A stretch of 26,433 nucleotides of DNA from an uncultured Methanosarcinales archaeon (GCA_964647565.1 CAZYIM010000034.1:1-26433), one strand, 5' to 3'. Shown: positions 16,328-25,745, counted from the stretch's first letter. The notes: generated from the sequence alone by a model not told the origin. Numbers and translations are program-made.

Positions 16328-17452
16328 ATGGCAAACAAAGATAAAGATAAAGTTCGTGATGATACTGGCAAAGAAGAAGTCAGCATTCAAGATCTCTACA
16401 GGGGTATTAACCTTGATGAGAAATTTCACGAAGCAAAACGAGATTCATCAGCAAATCTCCAAGAGATTGAAGCATCAGACAAGGCATATGAAGATGTTAC
16501 AAAGCAGCTAAGAAGTTTGGTAAAGAAAGCTAATACCTATAGGGTGAAGGCAGAAACAGGTTTTGACAAGGAAAAGGCAAAAGGAATATGGAAGCTTCTT
16601 GGGAAATTTTTTCCAAAAACAGTTGCAAAAAGGTATAAGACCCATTTCACTGATCTTCTTTTCAAGTCAATCAAGGAGATCTATGCTCTTGGAGAAACAA
16701 TTGACAACCTGATAATAGACGTAGCCAAAAAACATGGTGAATTAAGGAATTTTTCAGATACCTACCTTATGAACATGCAACAAACTGCTATTACAAACAT
16801 GAAGAAATATATGAGCGAGGTTGATAATTTCGGTAACCAACTTGAAACTTTAGAAGGAAAGCTTACTGAATTTACAACAGATGCAGAATTCAAAAGCCAA
16901 GAATACCTGAGCTTGAAGAAACAAAGGGGTATTCTCGAGGATAACCTGGACATGGCAGAGGATGGTTTAATAAGTGCAACCATAAGATTTGATGTGGCTG
17001 AAGACCATTATTACCAGTCAGTCGAATTGATGAAGAAATTCGACAACACCAAAGATGTACTCAAACCATTCAATGAGAAGGTAATGCTTAAGATGAAACT
17101 TTCTGAGAAGCTACTCCCATATAGGAGAGTGTTGGATAAGCTAGTTGATGCTGGAAGCGACATTTTCAAGCTTGATGCAGAATTTGATCAGATCATTGTT
17201 GCACATGAATTGGCTCAAAGCCAAAAGATCGAGACCTTGAGCAAGGTGATCAGCGGTGAACTGATGAATAAGACATATGAGCCTATCATCAAGGCACAAG
17301 CAGAGTCAAGCGAAAGGGTAAGGCAGATCATCATGGGCGTGCACGCACAATATGTCGAAAGTGTTAGAACTGGAGATAGGGAGAAAAACTATATTAAGAC
17401 CATGGATGAAATTAAGCGCGGCGAATCTCCTGCCCAGCAGACTGAGAAATAA
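16328..17452 (+). CDS. Long coiled-coil protein (TelA/PspA-like architecture; family uncertain)
   Basis: Almost wholly helical, heptad-rich 374-aa sequence with an amphipathic segment KGIWKLLGKFFPK. It has its own promoter, a strong SD and a terminator. Confidence 0.65.
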   Translation: MANKDKDKVRDDTGKEEVSIQDLYRGINLDEKFHEAKRDSSANLQEIEASDKAYEDVTKQLRSLVKKANTYRVKAETGFDKEKAKGIWKLLGKFFPKTVAKRYKTHFTDLLFKSIKEIYALGETIDNLIIDVAKKHGELRNFSDTYLMNMQQTAITNMKKYMSEVDNFGNQLETLEGKLTEFTTDAEFKSQEYLSLKKQRGILEDNLDMAEDGLISATIRFDVAEDHYYQSVELMKKFDNTKDVLKPFNEKVMLKMKLSEKLLPYRRVLDKLVDAGSDIFKLDAEFDQIIVAHELAQSQKIETLSKVISGELMNKTYEPIIKAQAESSERVRQIIMGVHAQYVESVRTGDREKNYIKTMDEIKRGESPAQQTEK

Positions 17453-17464
17453 TAATCGAAAAAA

Positions 17465-17500
17465 GAGACTCGATAAGAGTCTCATTTTTTTCTTTTTTTT
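17465..17500 (+). terminator. Intrinsic terminator (hairpin plus long T tract)
   Basis: Perfect 7-bp stem GAGACTC-GATAA-GAGTCTC (17465-17483), followed by ATTTTTTTCTTTTTTTT. Confidence 0.8.
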
Positions 17501-17503
17501 AAA

Positions 17504-18703
17504 ATGAACAGATCTATTTTAGAGATTGAAGGAAACATTGTAAAACACGTAAAAAAAGAGATTTACTTAGAGAAGCTGCTATTAGCCATCTCAGAGATAA
17601 ACAATAATTTGAAAAAAGAGGACGCCGAATTCTACAAGAATAATATTTTTTTTAATGAAAGAGTCATTGATTATCTGGAGTTCTTTCGCTTGGCATCTTT
17701 AGAGAACAAAATTAAAGGCGGCAATCACTATGAGTTGTTAATAAGCCCTTCAAATGGATTTCCTGTCTGGGGAGAGACAGTTCGCCTCAGTAAACAACTA
17801 GAACGGGGTAAATCCAAACTTGAACAGACCATCAGAGAAAACATGATTAAATATCACACAGGAGAGGGTAAGGAATACAACGCAGAAAATTTCCTTGATG
17901 CAATCGCCCTGGAAGGAGTCAGAACCATGTTGATGGGCGGAAAAGCTTATCTCCAAAGGACAGCACTTAGAGACTTTTTGCATTATACTCGCTTATTGAA
18001 GATAACAGACAAGGAGAATGATTCTGAAGAGAACAAATTCCTGTTAGACATGTTCAACGATGATGCCACCGTCAGATCTGAAATCATGAGCAAGTCTGGA
18101 GACAAAGGGGTCTATAAATTTAATTTCTATAAGCTGCACAAGACTGACTTTTTATGGACTTATATGACTGTCACATTAGGATATCAGCAGCCAAAAGGCT
18201 CAATCATAAACCGTTCATTGATTGAGGAAAAATCCGACGGAAGCTGGCTACCCAAAGGAGATCTGTTCGATGCATTTGAACATGGCGTAGTCCATGATTT
18301 TTCCCTTCGATCACTATATAAACAACTATGCACAGTAAAGAATGTCCAGCCTTTAAGTATGGCCTTCTACACCTTAGGCCCGTTCTATCATCCGGAGGGT
18401 ATCAAGACTGCAGAATTGAACAGACTATTCACCAATAGACCTGATGCATTCATGCTAATGTATGCATGCGAGGCCCTTGGCAATGATCCTGATCATATAA
18501 TAGATGGAAAGGAATTCTACAAGGAATACCAGACCAAATACACAATTGCAACAACATCTGATGTCGGAATCGACTTCAGCGAGATGTTCGGAGCAAACAG
18601 TGTTGTTGATGTTACTGAAATTCATCCTATAAAGGTAGATCAGATCATTAACAGATATAAAAATTCAAATCCTCGATTTGGAAAAGAATTGGAGAGTGAA
18701 TAA
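17504..18703 (+). CDS. Hypothetical protein (AAA-ATPase-associated)
   Basis: 399-aa ORF ending 2 nt before the AAA gene. Motifs SNGFPVW and YTLGPFY recall, from memory, the uncharacterised gene preceding related AAA ATPases in bacteria. Confidence 0.7.
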   Translation: MNRSILEIEGNIVKHVKKEIYLEKLLLAISEINNNLKKEDAEFYKNNIFFNERVIDYLEFFRLASLENKIKGGNHYELLISPSNGFPVWGETVRLSKQLERGKSKLEQTIRENMIKYHTGEGKEYNAENFLDAIALEGVRTMLMGGKAYLQRTALRDFLHYTRLLKITDKENDSEENKFLLDMFNDDATVRSEIMSKSGDKGVYKFNFYKLHKTDFLWTYMTVTLGYQQPKGSIINRSLIEEKSDGSWLPKGDLFDAFEHGVVHDFSLRSLYKQLCTVKNVQPLSMAFYTLGPFYHPEGIKTAELNRLFTNRPDAFMLMYACEALGNDPDHIIDGKEFYKEYQTKYTIATTSDVGIDFSEMFGANSVVDVTEIHPIKVDQIINRYKNSNPRFGKELESE

Positions 18704-18705
18704 TA

Positions 18706-20481
18706 ATGCAAATGAGTAGTACACCATCAGAAATAAATGATGCAGATTTCAACAAACATCTGAAGAGTTCAATAAAGTATATGGGACAACAAAACTTCTT
18801 TGGTTTCCTGCCAAACCTACATTCAACGATTATCCCTCCAGAAGTTCCATTCATCGATCCTGTACAGTATAATACTGTAATGGCCTTTGCTGATTCTTGC
18901 GCAGCATATAAGGTTATCAAAGAAAAGATGTCATATAATCTACTTGATTATAACAAGGAAAGAACCGTAAAACCTACTAAGACTGAATTAGATGCTCAAG
19001 AAAGGTTGGTCCAGATATACAGTCTGTATGTAGCCACATCAATAGGCATGAAAAAGTTGGCAAATACAACTAATGTCCAGGAAGAAGCTACCATAAAACT
19101 AAAAAAAGAAGATTTTAAGCATTTCAATGAATTTGATTTCTCAAAACAAGGCTCCGACATGTTCAATCAGTTCGCAAATCATTATATAGGTCTTATTCTT
19201 AATGCCAACAAAGCTGGGAAAATCAGGAATGGTGCAGACTTCAATGTTTTTTCACAAGGTTATCTTGCATCTATAAATGAAAAGGCTAATTATGAAAAAA
19301 ATGACGGCATCTACAAACCGTTAATGGGAATAATTGAAGGGCAGCCTATAAGTCTTCTTGGTATGAATTTCAGGGGATTTCAAGAAGCATTGCTAAGAAC
19401 ACTCGATCCAGAATCTCTACCTAAACTCGAGTGGGTCATTGCCATGGATGCTGTCAAGGAAGCAGCTGTCCAGATGGTTGATAATATAATGTGCTATGAT
19501 TTTGAGGCCAAGAAAAACTCTCAGGATCCCTGCAGGCAGGTCATGTATGTTCCTGGCCCTTCAGGCTGTGGAAAGACCTTCACTGCAGAAGCTGTTCAAA
19601 GATATTTTATCGAACAAGGAGAACAATATAGAAAACCAACCAATGTGTTTACATTATCTCCGGACATGTTCAAGACATCTTATATGAATGAAGGTCCTAA
19701 CAACTTGATTGCTATATTTAGGGATAAGGTCTATACGCCAAATACCCTGAATTTCATGTACATTCCGGATCTGGACACAATCATTGCATCAAGAAGTGCT
19801 GCAAAAGCTGCAAACAGGATTGAAGATGCAAACCTTACAGGAGTCTGGTTCAGCCAGCTATCTGGCAGTAACCGACCAGATACAGGCAGGTGGATGATCT
19901 ATGCTGATACCAACTACCAGGTTAATGATCCAGCACTCTTAGGAAGGTTAGGGCAGCCGATAATTGCCTCAGGTCCAAAAACGCAGGATGACCTTATAGC
20001 TCTTATGCGAATTGAGTTGAAAGATGGATTCTTGCCTAATAAGAATTATGTTAAACTCAAAGATAAGGAATGGAAAGAAGTAGGAAAACTGGCTGAAGAA
20101 TATGCTGCAGAGGCTAATCTGTCTGGAAGAGATGTAAGAAACATTTGCGAGACTCTAAGTAATCATGCTAACCAGTTCAAGCTGCCAAAGGGTTTCCAGG
20201 GCTGGTCATATCAAAAACAACTTGATCATAAAGCTAAACACCAGGTTTACAAGCCAATAACAGCTGGGATGTTAAAAAAGGAACTTAATACCTATGTTGA
20301 AAGTGTGAAGGCTGCTGTGGACAGGGAACAAGAAGAGAAGAAAGCCAAGATCATTGAAGATCTGCATCTTACAAGAGAGGCTTATGCTTCTGATGAAGAA
20401 TCAAGGATAAGTCTCTTTAGAGAGTTGGCTGCTCAGATACCTAAAGATCAGATGGTAAGTATAATCAGGAAAGTTATCTAA
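18706..20481 (+). CDS. Classical-clade AAA ATPase with a degenerate Walker B
   Basis: Walker A GPSGCGKT (residues 284-291), pore-loop region KTSYMNEGPNNL, Walker B position FMYIPDLD, SRH-like DTNYQVNDPALLGRL and lid LSGRDVRNIC. The ~235-aa N-terminal domain is unassigned. Confidence 0.88.
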   Translation: MQMSSTPSEINDADFNKHLKSSIKYMGQQNFFGFLPNLHSTIIPPEVPFIDPVQYNTVMAFADSCAAYKVIKEKMSYNLLDYNKERTVKPTKTELDAQERLVQIYSLYVATSIGMKKLANTTNVQEEATIKLKKEDFKHFNEFDFSKQGSDMFNQFANHYIGLILNANKAGKIRNGADFNVFSQGYLASINEKANYEKNDGIYKPLMGIIEGQPISLLGMNFRGFQEALLRTLDPESLPKLEWVIAMDAVKEAAVQMVDNIMCYDFEAKKNSQDPCRQVMYVPGPSGCGKTFTAEAVQRYFIEQGEQYRKPTNVFTLSPDMFKTSYMNEGPNNLIAIFRDKVYTPNTLNFMYIPDLDTIIASRSAAKAANRIEDANLTGVWFSQLSGSNRPDTGRWMIYADTNYQVNDPALLGRLGQPIIASGPKTQDDLIALMRIELKDGFLPNKNYVKLKDKEWKEVGKLAEEYAAEANLSGRDVRNICETLSNHANQFKLPKGFQGWSYQKQLDHKAKHQVYKPITAGMLKKELNTYVESVKAAVDREQEEKKAKIIEDLHLTREAYASDEESRISLFRELAAQIPKDQMVSIIRKVI

Positions 20482-20482
20482 G

Positions 20483-22213
20483 ATGGATGATATCAGAAAA
20501 CTGATCGAAAAGAGACTAAGGGACAAGGTTAGAAAGCCTTTGCCTGATGATCCAACTAGTCCTCCGCCTGAAGAAGTTCAGGAATCAGAATCAAGCGAAC
20601 TTTATCCGCCTATAATAGGATCTGGAAGTGTAACAGCTTCATCTATTCGGGATTTGATCGAACAAAGAAACCGGGAACGTCATGGCATTGGTTCTCGACA
20701 AACTGGTTCTCAAACTAGACAGACCGGACCAGTAGAGCATCACGGCAGCGGTATGCTGGATAACATTAGGAACAGGAAGAAAAAGAAGTTCGATGCAACC
20801 AGGAAAAAGCGTAGCAATCCTTCGGAACTCTTAAGATCCAGCCATACATTGAAACTTCATGAATTAACCGGAAGCAAAGCAGAGGCTTATACCAATATAT
20901 TAAAAGAGATTGGAGCTTATCAGGATATTGTCAAGAAAGAGCCTAGTTTTGATTTTTCTCATTATGAGGTTGACAAGGGAGGCTGTGATAGGAGAATAAT
21001 GGAGATCGCACCTGATTATCTTGATAATCATATCGTCATTGTTACGCCGCACCAGAAAAACATGGATATTATTCGGAACAATTATTCATTCTTAGATCCT
21101 TTGCTTGAAGCCATCATGAATGGTGCTGCTAAAGAGACTATTGCAAGGATTGCCCCTCACGAACCATTATATGGGGAACTTAAATCAGGATTAGTAAATC
21201 TAATCGAACAATTAAATTTTGGAGCCAATCACATTGTTGATGAGGATTTTTTCTCAGTCACTTTATCACTTGACACACCAAAAAAAGCGATAAAGAAAAT
21301 GGTTGAGATCCAGAAGGATGTAAGCAAGATCCTTGACCAGGATAATGATGGAGTGCTTCAACTTCTGAATTACGATCTTGAGGATAAGATTGCATCTGCT
21401 TCTGCAGAGCTCAATGCAACTTATGTGAATATTACACCATTTATCCTTGGTGATGCAAGTGAGTTCATAGTTCAGGACATCTTCCCATTACAGCTAGAGA
21501 CCAGCTCATACAAGTTTTCAACTGATGAAATAGACATCTATAGTTTCAAGACCAATAAATATGTTTTTATATATTTTGACAAAGGGGAAGACACAGTAGA
21601 TAACAAGAACATAGATATCCGCAACTTTGTTGTCATAAATGGCAATGATCCAGACAACCTTCTAGCGTATCTAAGGGACTTGAAGTTCATTGATTATAAT
21701 TTCAATCAATTCTTTGTTGAAGAAAAGATGCAGCATATTGAGGCAAGGGACTTTGAAAGGTATAAACGTACTCAAATATCAGGATTAGCAGATGAAATTG
21801 ATAAGCTTGGCCAGGATAAAGATCATCATTCCGAACTCTATCATCAACTCAAAAAGGTTCATGATGATATTGCAAAAGATAATATTGGCAATGAAACCGA
21901 CTATCTTAAGACACTCCCTTTACAGGTCAAGATGCAGTTGATGTTTCCACGGGTAGACGATCCATTAGTTTATGAGATATTATCCAATGTAAATAAAAAC
22001 GAGATGTTGATGACATATTCATGGGATACTTCTAAGTTCAAGTTGCAATTTGCTGCTGCAAAGCCCAAACAGCAAAAAGAGATGCTGCAGGAAGTGCTTG
22101 AAGGCATCAAATACGAAGATCAGTATAATCTTGCTGTCAATGAGTGGCTGCATGACAACTACAAACCTCTTTGCGACGAACTTAAAGTAAAGTTTAAGGG
22201 TGGTGAGCAATGA
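20483..22213 (+). CDS. Hypothetical protein, DUF6638-like core with a disordered N-terminus
   Basis: Starts 1 nt after the AAA stop, with ~115 low-complexity residues. The following AEAYTNILKEIG...HYEVDKGG...DYLDNHIVIVTPHQK...YGEL resembles my recollection of the DUF6638 N-terminal pattern (unverified). Confidence 0.55.
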   Translation: MDDIRKLIEKRLRDKVRKPLPDDPTSPPPEEVQESESSELYPPIIGSGSVTASSIRDLIEQRNRERHGIGSRQTGSQTRQTGPVEHHGSGMLDNIRNRKKKKFDATRKKRSNPSELLRSSHTLKLHELTGSKAEAYTNILKEIGAYQDIVKKEPSFDFSHYEVDKGGCDRRIMEIAPDYLDNHIVIVTPHQKNMDIIRNNYSFLDPLLEAIMNGAAKETIARIAPHEPLYGELKSGLVNLIEQLNFGANHIVDEDFFSVTLSLDTPKKAIKKMVEIQKDVSKILDQDNDGVLQLLNYDLEDKIASASAELNATYVNITPFILGDASEFIVQDIFPLQLETSSYKFSTDEIDIYSFKTNKYVFIYFDKGEDTVDNKNIDIRNFVVINGNDPDNLLAYLRDLKFIDYNFNQFFVEEKMQHIEARDFERYKRTQISGLADEIDKLGQDKDHHSELYHQLKKVHDDIAKDNIGNETDYLKTLPLQVKMQLMFPRVDDPLVYEILSNVNKNEMLMTYSWDTSKFKLQFAAAKPKQQKEMLQEVLEGIKYEDQYNLAVNEWLHDNYKPLCDELKVKFKGGEQ

Positions 22214-23088
22214 GAAGAGGCAGAAGCACGATTGGTTTTGAATTGACGCTATCTGTTTTAGTTTTAGGATTAGTTGGAGCCGTTCTTTGGCCCAAAATAA
22301 GTGAAAAAAAAAAGCAAAATACAATAGCTGAGAAAGTAAGATCTGCAAAGCAGGTCACTAGAGTGGTCAAGCAGCATGAATCTTCATATGCAATCTCAGA
22401 TGCCAAGTTGCTCAATGTCAATGAGGGTGTTGTTGACTTCAAGACTAAAGAAGGCAAGCCAGGAAGCAGGATGTACAAGTTATGCATATTTCAAACTGAT
22501 AATGATCCTAAATATTTCCTTCTTCCAGCACCTCAAGCTTTAGCACCGATGAAAAAATATGTTATTCAATATAACAACATATATAGGGTCTCAGATTTTA
22601 CGACAGAACGGTTTGTTAACCAGCATATTAACTCTACCTACATCACAGAAAGTGATAAGATTATTGATCCTCAACTTGACGGCGTTATAACCAATCTAGA
22701 CCTTAATGAAAAAACATGTACAAACTCATTGGCTACAGAGGCCACTAAACATCTGCCTGCAGCAAAATTCCTCTACTCTACCAACGATATGATCAAGTAT
22801 TATGATGAAGAAGGGAATACAGGCACACATTTCTACCAGCTTTGTACTTTTCAGATAGGCAACCAGATCACTGAGCTGTTGAATCCTAATCATAAAGCAT
22901 TATGGCCAAACAGGATGTATGAAATCGAGATCGATGAGGTTCATAAAAATCCGCAAACATTCACAACAGGTAACCTCGCATTGATGTATGCGTCTAATAA
23001 ACTTGTAAAAGTTGTAGATAACAGATTAATCGATCCAAACCTGGATGGCGTAATCAAGGATATAAAAATGGTCGGGGTTCTACGATGA
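22210..23088 (+). CDS. Membrane-anchored protein with two copies of the array domain (paralog 1)
   Basis: N-terminal TM helix, then two repeats: AKLLNV...YKLCIF...LLP...IIDPQLDGVI and AKFLYS...YQLCTF...LLNP...LIDPNLDGVI. ATGA overlap with the upstream gene. Confidence 0.85.
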   Translation: MRRGRSTIGFELTLSVLVLGLVGAVLWPKISEKKKQNTIAEKVRSAKQVTRVVKQHESSYAISDAKLLNVNEGVVDFKTKEGKPGSRMYKLCIFQTDNDPKYFLLPAPQALAPMKKYVIQYNNIYRVSDFTTERFVNQHINSTYITESDKIIDPQLDGVITNLDLNEKTCTNSLATEATKHLPAAKFLYSTNDMIKYYDEEGNTGTHFYQLCTFQIGNQITELLNPNHKALWPNRMYEIEIDEVHKNPQTFTTGNLALMYASNKLVKVVDNRLIDPNLDGVIKDIKMVGVLR

Positions 23089-23675
23089 TGAGCCCCATGA
23101 TACGAAGAGGTTTAAAAGTAGCAGGAATTTTTGCTGGACTTTTTTTCGTTGGAGCCATGATAGTTGACATCGCTGATAGTTTCAAAAACAACAATACTGC
23201 AATAGCCAATAATGCACAACCAACTGCTCAAGAAGATTCTCTTGCAAGAGCTGTGGATGATACTAGCACAGGTTATGTAGATAGGATTGTTCGAATGATA
23301 CCTCCTCAAGCTGAGGTTTCATTAGAAGAGAACATACCTACTGCAAAGCTTATATCAGTACAAGATGATATTGTCTCTTTCTATAATCCAGATGATAGAC
23401 AAAGTAGTTACAGGGGAACCAGGCTGATCAAACATTGCTCATTCCAGGTTGGAACTGAGATAAGGGAATATTTGATGCCATCTGGCAAGGCATTGATACC
23501 TATGCGGATGTATGAACTCGATGTTGAGAAGCTGGAAAAACCAGAGGAATACACTGCAATAATGTTTGTCCAAAGATTTCTTCATGAAGATTACAGCTCA
23601 AGAGACAAGCGTGTCATTGATAAGAATCTTGATGGGATTATCTTAGATTATAAGCTTCTGGAGGGTCCAAAATGA
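23085..23675 (+). CDS. Membrane-anchored array paralog 2
   Basis: N-terminal TM helix and IPTAKLISV...CSF...YLMP...VIDKNLDGII. ATGA overlap. Confidence 0.85.
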   Translation: MMSPMIRRGLKVAGIFAGLFFVGAMIVDIADSFKNNNTAIANNAQPTAQEDSLARAVDDTSTGYVDRIVRMIPPQAEVSLEENIPTAKLISVQDDIVSFYNPDDRQSSYRGTRLIKHCSFQVGTEIREYLMPSGKALIPMRMYELDVEKLEKPEEYTAIMFVQRFLHEDYSSRDKRVIDKNLDGIILDYKLLEGPK

Positions 23676-24172
23676 ACAAACTGGCAACAGGATTGATGAT
23701 AGCAATGATGGGAATTACTCTTGGATACGCTCAAACTGAAGCCCTTGCAAGTTTACCAATTCAAGAAAAGGCTGCAAAAGAAGAAAAAAAGCCGGCGCTT
23801 GATAACATACCTGCTGCAAAGCTATTGGCAGTCAATCAGGATAATTTCATACTCTATCTAAAGGAGGATCATCGTGTTAGTGCAAGTAGGAATTTTCAAC
23901 TTTGTTCATTTTTAGTAGGAACAGAGATAAGGGAATATCTTTTACCTACTGTCAAGGCCTTAGTACCCATGAAGATGTATCAGCTTGAGATCAAGATAAT
24001 CAATAATGCAAAGAATTACAAAACAAGCAATCTTGCTACAGAAGGTCTCAATATTGATAGCTGGGAACTTAAAGATAATCGAGTAATTGACAAGAACCTT
24101 GACGGAATAATCATGGATTACAAACTTCTGAGAGGTCCAAAATGAGAAGGCTAGCAACTGGACTATTGATAT
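23612..24172 (+). repeat. Degenerate ~90-bp direct repeat spanning gene junctions 2/3 and 3/4
   Basis: GTCATTGATAAGAATCTTGATGGGATTATCTTAGATTATAAGCTTCTGGAGGGTCCAAAATGAACAAACTGGCAACAGG (from 23612) versus GTAATTGACAAGAACCTTGACGGAATAATCATGGATTACAAACTTCTGAGAGGTCCAAAATGAGAAGGCTAGCAACTGG (from about 24083). Confidence 0.8.
23672..24145 (+). CDS. Secreted array paralog 3
   Basis: Signal peptide MNKLATGLMIAMMGITLGYA (no lipobox Cys) and IPAAKLLAV...FQLCSF...YLLP...VIDKNLDGII. ATGA overlap. Confidence 0.85.
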   Translation: MNKLATGLMIAMMGITLGYAQTEALASLPIQEKAAKEEKKPALDNIPAAKLLAVNQDNFILYLKEDHRVSASRNFQLCSFLVGTEIREYLLPTVKALVPMKMYQLEIKIINNAKNYKTSNLATEGLNIDSWELKDNRVIDKNLDGIIMDYKLLRGPK

Positions 24173-24732
24173 CAACGATAGGACTGGGTCTTGGATGTCA
24201 GATAGACACAGATAATTCTTACGAGGATACATTCGCTCCTGTTGCCACTGAAGAAAAAGTTGAACCCACACCTGCTGAAAAGTTAGAAGAAAAAAGAAGC
24301 AAAGAAAGCGTAAAAAAAGAAGATGGTTCTGTTATGTTTATCAATACTAAGGAAGAATACACAATTGATGATATTGCAGAATCAAGTATCATAGATTTAC
24401 CTGGCGCAAAGTTAAATGGCTTTACCATTGACAATGTGGATTACTTATGGTGGATGACTACCGATCCTACAGGACACAGGAGATACCAAATGGTTGAGTT
24501 TCAGCTTGCAGAAGGTCCAACGCTTCTATTGTTGCCAAATGTTAAGCATCTAAATCCTCAAACAAGATATGACATTTCATATAAAAGATTACACGAGGAT
24601 GTCAAGCTAGACAAATATCTCTTTACAAGGATTTTCATCAACACAATATACACCTGCCTTGACAACCAACCAATGGATGAAAGCATCAAAGGCATTGTCA
24701 CCAGTATCAAACCAGTGGAGGGACTGAAATGA
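24142..24732 (+). CDS. Lipoprotein array paralog 4
   Basis: Lipobox GLGC and LPGAKLNGF...YQMVEF...LLLP...MDESIKGIV. ATGA overlap. Confidence 0.85.
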   Translation: MRRLATGLLISTIGLGLGCQIDTDNSYEDTFAPVATEEKVEPTPAEKLEEKRSKESVKKEDGSVMFINTKEEYTIDDIAESSIIDLPGAKLNGFTIDNVDYLWWMTTDPTGHRRYQMVEFQLAEGPTLLLLPNVKHLNPQTRYDISYKRLHEDVKLDKYLFTRIFINTIYTCLDNQPMDESIKGIVTSIKPVEGLK

Positions 24733-25229
24733 GAGCACTGGCAACAACTATGCTGGCAACAATGCTTAGTTTTTATGCAATGAGTTGCAGCACTCAAAAA
24801 AAAGAAGATAACGCCATCCCACCTTTGCCACCTATTGCTGCAGTGGCTGAATTAGACACTGTTTCAATTCCAGGAGCTAAACTCAGCTGGTACAACGATG
24901 GTTCAGCAGAATACATTCATGGAGATAGAAGTGGTAATACAAGCTACGGATTCAGCTCTTCAAGAGACTATCAACTATGTGACTTTGACATAGGTGGCAA
25001 GGATGTCAAGCTCTTGGCACCAAGAGTATACCAGATCACACCACAAAAACGCTATGATATCCAATACCTGCCGATGAAAGAGGGTCAATACCTGAACATA
25101 AAGAAATTCATCCATCTATTTGTCAGGAATGACAATATGGAAGATGTCAGGGTTCCTGATAATCATGAGATGGACAGGGACATAAGAGGCATACTTATCG
25201 ATATAAAACCAATGGAGAACATAAAATGA
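24729..25229 (+). CDS. Lipoprotein array paralog 5
   Basis: Lipobox AMSC and IPGAKLSWY...YQLCDF...LLAP...MDRDIRGIL. ATGA overlap. Confidence 0.85.
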   Translation: MRALATTMLATMLSFYAMSCSTQKKEDNAIPPLPPIAAVAELDTVSIPGAKLSWYNDGSAEYIHGDRSGNTSYGFSSSRDYQLCDFDIGGKDVKLLAPRVYQITPQKRYDIQYLPMKEGQYLNIKKFIHLFVRNDNMEDVRVPDNHEMDRDIRGILIDIKPMENIK

Positions 25230-25745
25230 ACTGGAAAAAAGGATTAATAATACCAGTGATAGGATTGACACTTCTAAGTTGTGCTTCTGATGAAAAGATT
25301 GAGCCAGAAAAGATGGAAAAGACATCCACGATCAGCTTAATAGAACAGAATATTGAAAAGGTACCATCTGCAAAACTGATTTCTGTTAATGATGGTTATG
25401 CAAATTATGCGTTTACAAAATCTAGTGGCGCATACCAAGGATTTGGTTATGGGAATTTTAGGCATTATCAATTATGTACGTTTTTAACTGCTCCCAATAA
25501 AATCGAAGCTTTGTTGCTGCCTGAATCTAGAGCATTGATGATCAATTCTAGATACAATTTAAACTATAAGAAATTAAAAAATCCTTCAACATTCACTGTT
25601 GAACAATTTGTCCATAGTTATGTCAGCAATACATTCACTGTTTTTGACAAGATAGAACTGATAGATCCAAATCTGGATGGAATTATAACCAACTTAAAAC
25701 CAATAAGGTAAAAGAAATGAACTGGAAAAAAGGATTAATAATACC
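25224..25745 (+). repeat. 31-bp exact direct repeat covering the start of paralogs 6 and 7
   Basis: AAATGAACTGGAAAAAAGGATTAATAATACC at 25224-25254 and 25715-25745. Confidence 0.9.
25226..25711 (+). CDS. Lipoprotein array paralog 6
   Basis: Lipobox LLSC and VPSAKLISV...YQLCTF...LLLP...LIDPNLDGII. ATGA overlap. Confidence 0.85.
   Translation: MNWKKGLIIPVIGLTLLSCASDEKIEPEKMEKTSTISLIEQNIEKVPSAKLISVNDGYANYAFTKSSGAYQGFGYGNFRHYQLCTFLTAPNKIEALLLPESRALMINSRYNLNYKKLKNPSTFTVEQFVHSYVSNTFTVFDKIELIDPNLDGIITNLKPIR

Noticed and set aside
16328..20481. Calling the coiled-coil and AAA genes cdvB/ESCRT-III and cdvC/Vps4, or PAN/Cdc48
   Set aside because: No recognisable MIT domain, Snf7 signature, OB domain, second AAA domain or HbYX tail. 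Only a functional analogy is supportable.
22210..22290. Class III (prepilin-like) signal peptide on paralog 1 (MRRGRS-TIGFE...)
   Set aside because: The Glu at +5 is suggestive, but the cleavage-site residues fit poorly and no pilus ATPase, TadC or prepilin peptidase gene is in the window. Treated as a plain TM anchor.
204..25325. The many short alternative-frame and antisense ORFs in the track (e.g. 204-434, 1207-1518, 2912-3289, 10759-11097, 12746-13090, 22019-22348, 23960-24271)
   Set aside because: All lie within longer ORFs that have clear motifs or operon coupling, and they show the Phe/Ser/Leu-rich composition typical of shadow frames.
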